Assembly (NCBI GenBank): GCA_030141605.1
Contig: JAQGDQ010001029.1
Location: forward strand, 5,202 to 69,201
Length of the DNA: 64,000 bases
Direction: 5' to 3'
Source: Tubiluchus corallicola
Lineage: Eukaryota; Animalia; Priapulida
Part shown: positions 61,542-64,000 of the stretch, in pieces
Layout: every line of letters starts with the position of its first letter
Position numbering within the stretch: the stretch's first letter is position 1
Notes under the pieces: generated by a model
The model's input: only the letters and a program-made list of their open reading frames with translations
Databases searched by the model: none
What the model was told of the DNA's origin: nothing
Made by a program: the position numbers and the translations under genes

Positions 61542-62049
61542 TGGTGACGGCGACGAGAACGACAGCGGCGACGACGACGATGATGATGATGATAATGATT
61601 GAGATGATGATTACAATGAATTTAATCACGGTGGCGACATCGTGCATGCTTACATTTGTGTACGTTTCACTAATCTCTGTTTGTATATATCCCCCCTTGG
61701 GGTTATGTGTTGGCAAAGTAAGGTCTCACTTGCTCCTTTTGATGCTGCATATAGCTCCCCCTTGGGGAGGCTTGTGCTCCCCCCTGGGGGGGTTATGTTC
61801 CCTTTTAAATTTTAATTTGATAATGCTTATTATTTTTGTATTAGTCTTTTTTTATTAATGTTATTTCTAAACACGGATGTGAATGCAAAAAAACAAATTC
61901 TTCAGACTGTAATATACATTGCACACTGCCAATGAAAGCTTTAGCCATATATATTGTTCAAACGTTGATATGCTGTACGCTAGCGTCATCTAGCAGTGAA
62001 TGCGTGGCTAGTTCGCATAATGGCACTACTTGTTCATACTTTCCAGCGA

Positions 62050-62340
62050 AATTAATGCATGACGGCGCTATCTGTTCATTGAAATTGTTGTTCTGTAATG
62101 CACGATGGCGCTACCTGTTCATTGAATGTGTTTTTGTATGCGTATTATAATACATTAGTTGAAAAATAAAAATTTTAGATTACATTTTTTAATGTTAAAT
62201 ACTTTCCAGGGAAATATAATGCTCGTATGTTGTTCTGTAATGCATGACGGCGGTAGCTGTTCATTGAATGTGTTTTGTATGCGTATTATAATACATTAGT
62301 GGAAAAAATAAAAATTTTAGATTACATTTTTAATGTTAAT
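62050..62340. repeat. Tandem duplication (period about 142 bp) in the convergent intergenic region
   Basis: TTGTTCTGTAATGCA...CTGTTCATTGAATGTG...AATAAAAATTTTAGATTACATTTTT occurs twice. Confidence 0.8.
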
Positions 62341-62529
62341 TTCTTTTCAAGCTTGGTGCATTTGTGAAAAATAAAAATTAAATATATAAAGCCATGTGAA
62401 AGAATAAAAATTATTTTTAAAACACTTTATTAGCAACAACAACACTTTTTAAAACAACTTATTAAAAAATACTTTAAAACATCATAAGTAACAACAATAC
62501 ACTCTTAACAACAATACAGTCTTTTTATG

Positions 62530-62790
62530 ACATGGGAATGGTTGCATACTATATTTAACAGCATCACCAACATGGGAATGATTGCATACTATATTTAACA
62601 GCATCACCAACATGGGAATGATGCGTCTACTGTAAAACGGTATTCACCGAAGCAGAAAAAATACGTGAACACTGTCACTTAACAGTATATTTAACAGCAT
62701 CAGCAACATGGGAATGATTGCATACTATATTTAACAGCATCACCAACATGGGAATGATTGCATACTATATTTAACAGCATCAGCAACAGC
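62530..62790. repeat. 40-bp tandem repeat (about 5 copies, one interrupted)
   Basis: CATGGGAATGATTGCATACTATATTTAACAGCATCACCAA units at about 62531, 62571, 62611, 62707 and 62747. Confidence 0.85.
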
Positions 62791-63047
62791 ATTAAAACAT
62801 CATTTACTAACAACAATACTTTAAAACATCATATAGTGGCTTCATACAATGATGTATTAGGTATAGAATGGAGGAGGTGGGATTGCAACAGACAAACTGT
62901 TACACATATAATGGGGGTATAGCATTTATCAATTAAACATGTTCATATATTGTGTTCAATTCACAATTTCAAACAGACTACAGACTGTTACATAAATACA
63001 ATATTTAGTCGGTTCGGACCGTGCCCCTCCCTCTAACATATTTGTTG

Positions 63048-64000
63048 TCATAGAATAACACTATCATCATCGTCATCATCATCAACATCAACATCATCAT
63101 CACAGATATTGACAACAGTTACGTTAGGAGGTCCATGAAAAGGTCGATTTTCGACGGGAGGAGCGACAGTAGAAACAAAAGGTTTCGTCTGGTCTACTAA
63201 ATAATGTCCGTATGGAACGCTGAAATTTTTTGACAGCCAGCATCTTTTATCATCAAAAAAAGATAGCGATCTTTTGGAAGAATGTTTAGTGTATATGTGA
63301 TGTCGTTGCGATGTGAAGCGAATTGTCTCGTGCGTCATTTCCACCTGCTCTGTAAAGGCACGCTCAAAATCTTCGTGAGTTATTTGTTTTGAAATTGTGC
63401 GCCTATCGACACCTTTGGCGCGCTTTTTGCTTTGTCGAAAATCAACGCTCTTCATGCTGTATAATTTGGGCTTAAGTAAAATCCATTGTTGGTGAAGCGA
63501 GCCTTGTGACTCATCTTTGAAACAACCTAAGCGTGCCCGATTTTCCTCCCGATAAAAAACGTGATCTTTAGGATAATTCGAGGTATCGATCACGTTTCCT
63601 TTCTGTAGAAAATGGGGGATTAAAATCTCGGGCACACTCAGATTTTTTACTTGGAGAAAAAATGAATCCGTGTCCGAACCGACAATTTTCACATCAGCTT
63701 CAGGAGATAAAATTTTCATTTCGTCATCACTGAATGTTTCGTAGCGAAGGCGATACATTATCAATTTAGAAAGGTCAAGAACGGTCTGACCTATATATAT
63801 TGGCCTATCTAAGAAAACGTTGGTTTTGCGCAGTCTGTGAGCACTCACAGTATTATTAAAAATGTTAAAATCTTGGTGGTCCGGTCGCCTCAAAAATTGT
63901 TCGCACGCTTTTTGACTAGTGGCCAATTTTAAAGAGCAACGTTTGCGAACGTTTTCCATACTTTTGCCAAATAAACTGTTATTGAACAGCTTAAAAAGAT
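63048..64000 (-). CDS. Protein-primed family B DNA polymerase (pPolB), C-terminal part; runs off the window
   Basis: Motif B KLFNNSLFGKSMENVRKR, RPIYIGQTVLDLSKL.MY, motif C GSDTDS, DTSNYP, LGCFKDE, KPKLYS, KRAKGV, DDKR. Confidence 0.93.
   Translation of the reverse strand, partial: LFKLFNNSLFGKSMENVRKRCSLKLATSQKACEQFLRRPDHQDFNIFNNTVSAHRLRKTNVFLDRPIYIGQTVLDLSKLIMYRLRYETFSDDEMKILSPEADVKIVGSDTDSFFLQVKNLSVPEILIPHFLQKGNVIDTSNYPKDHVFYREENRARLGCFKDESQGSLHQQWILLKPKLYSMKSVDFRQSKKRAKGVDRRTISKQITHEDFERAFTEQVEMTHETIRFTSQRHHIYTKHSSKRSLSFFDDKRCWLSKNFSVPYGHYLVDQTKPFVSTVAPPVENRPFHGPPNVTVVNICDDDVDVDDDDDDDSVIL

Larger units (their letters stand above)
51435..64000. mobile_element. Polinton/Maverick (adintovirus-like endogenous dsDNA virus); right end outside the window
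   Basis: Abrupt rise in GC starting at AGTAGGATAG (Polinton-like AGTAG terminus). Encodes ATPase, integrase, minor and major capsid proteins, adenain and pPolB. Confidence 0.93.

Noticed and set aside
61538-61858. 106-aa hydrophobic ORF after the protease
   Set aside because: Derived from (GAT/GAC)n and T-rich terminator-like sequence; no other support.
62530-62790. CRISPR-like array
   Set aside because: Head-to-tail 40-bp repeats without unique spacers, in a eukaryotic context with no cas genes.

Overview
AT-rich invertebrate animal genomic DNA with spliceosomal introns, probably a protostome because it has a FucTA-type core alpha-1,3-fucosyltransferase. Host genes: (i) three tandem paralogues (1-11.4 kb) of an unrecognised secreted 6-Cys-domain family; (ii) a complete 5-exon RPS13 on the minus strand (13576-21948); (iii) an alpha-1,3-fucosyltransferase with two coding exons on the minus strand (25866-34796); (iv) the 5' part of a SEPT2-group septin on the plus strand (from 41944), whose frame appears to need a 5-nt microexon. 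Introns and intergenic DNA carry LINE fragments, tRNA-headed SINEs, MITEs and microsatellites. From about 51435 to the window end, a Polinton/Maverick (adintovirus-like endogenous virus) with uninterrupted ORFs sits inside a septin intron. Its plus strand carries a virion/integration module: packaging ATPase, two small core-like proteins, a conserved unknown protein, a chromodomain integrase, minor and major capsid proteins and an adenain protease. A convergent protein-primed DNA polymerase B looks like the other Polinton group's polymerase. The most unusual part is a minus-strand transcription unit not visible in the ORF track. One TATA promoter and one 29-codon leader exon can splice in frame to a ladder of three acceptors (multi-PC4 protein, small unknown protein, degenerate DEDD-like nuclease). 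The unit ends in a divergent TATA-binding-protein homologue with no ATG. The left terminal region is packed with E2F, NF-kB, nuclear-receptor, E-box and homeodomain-type motifs. All family assignments come from recalled motifs, not database searches.
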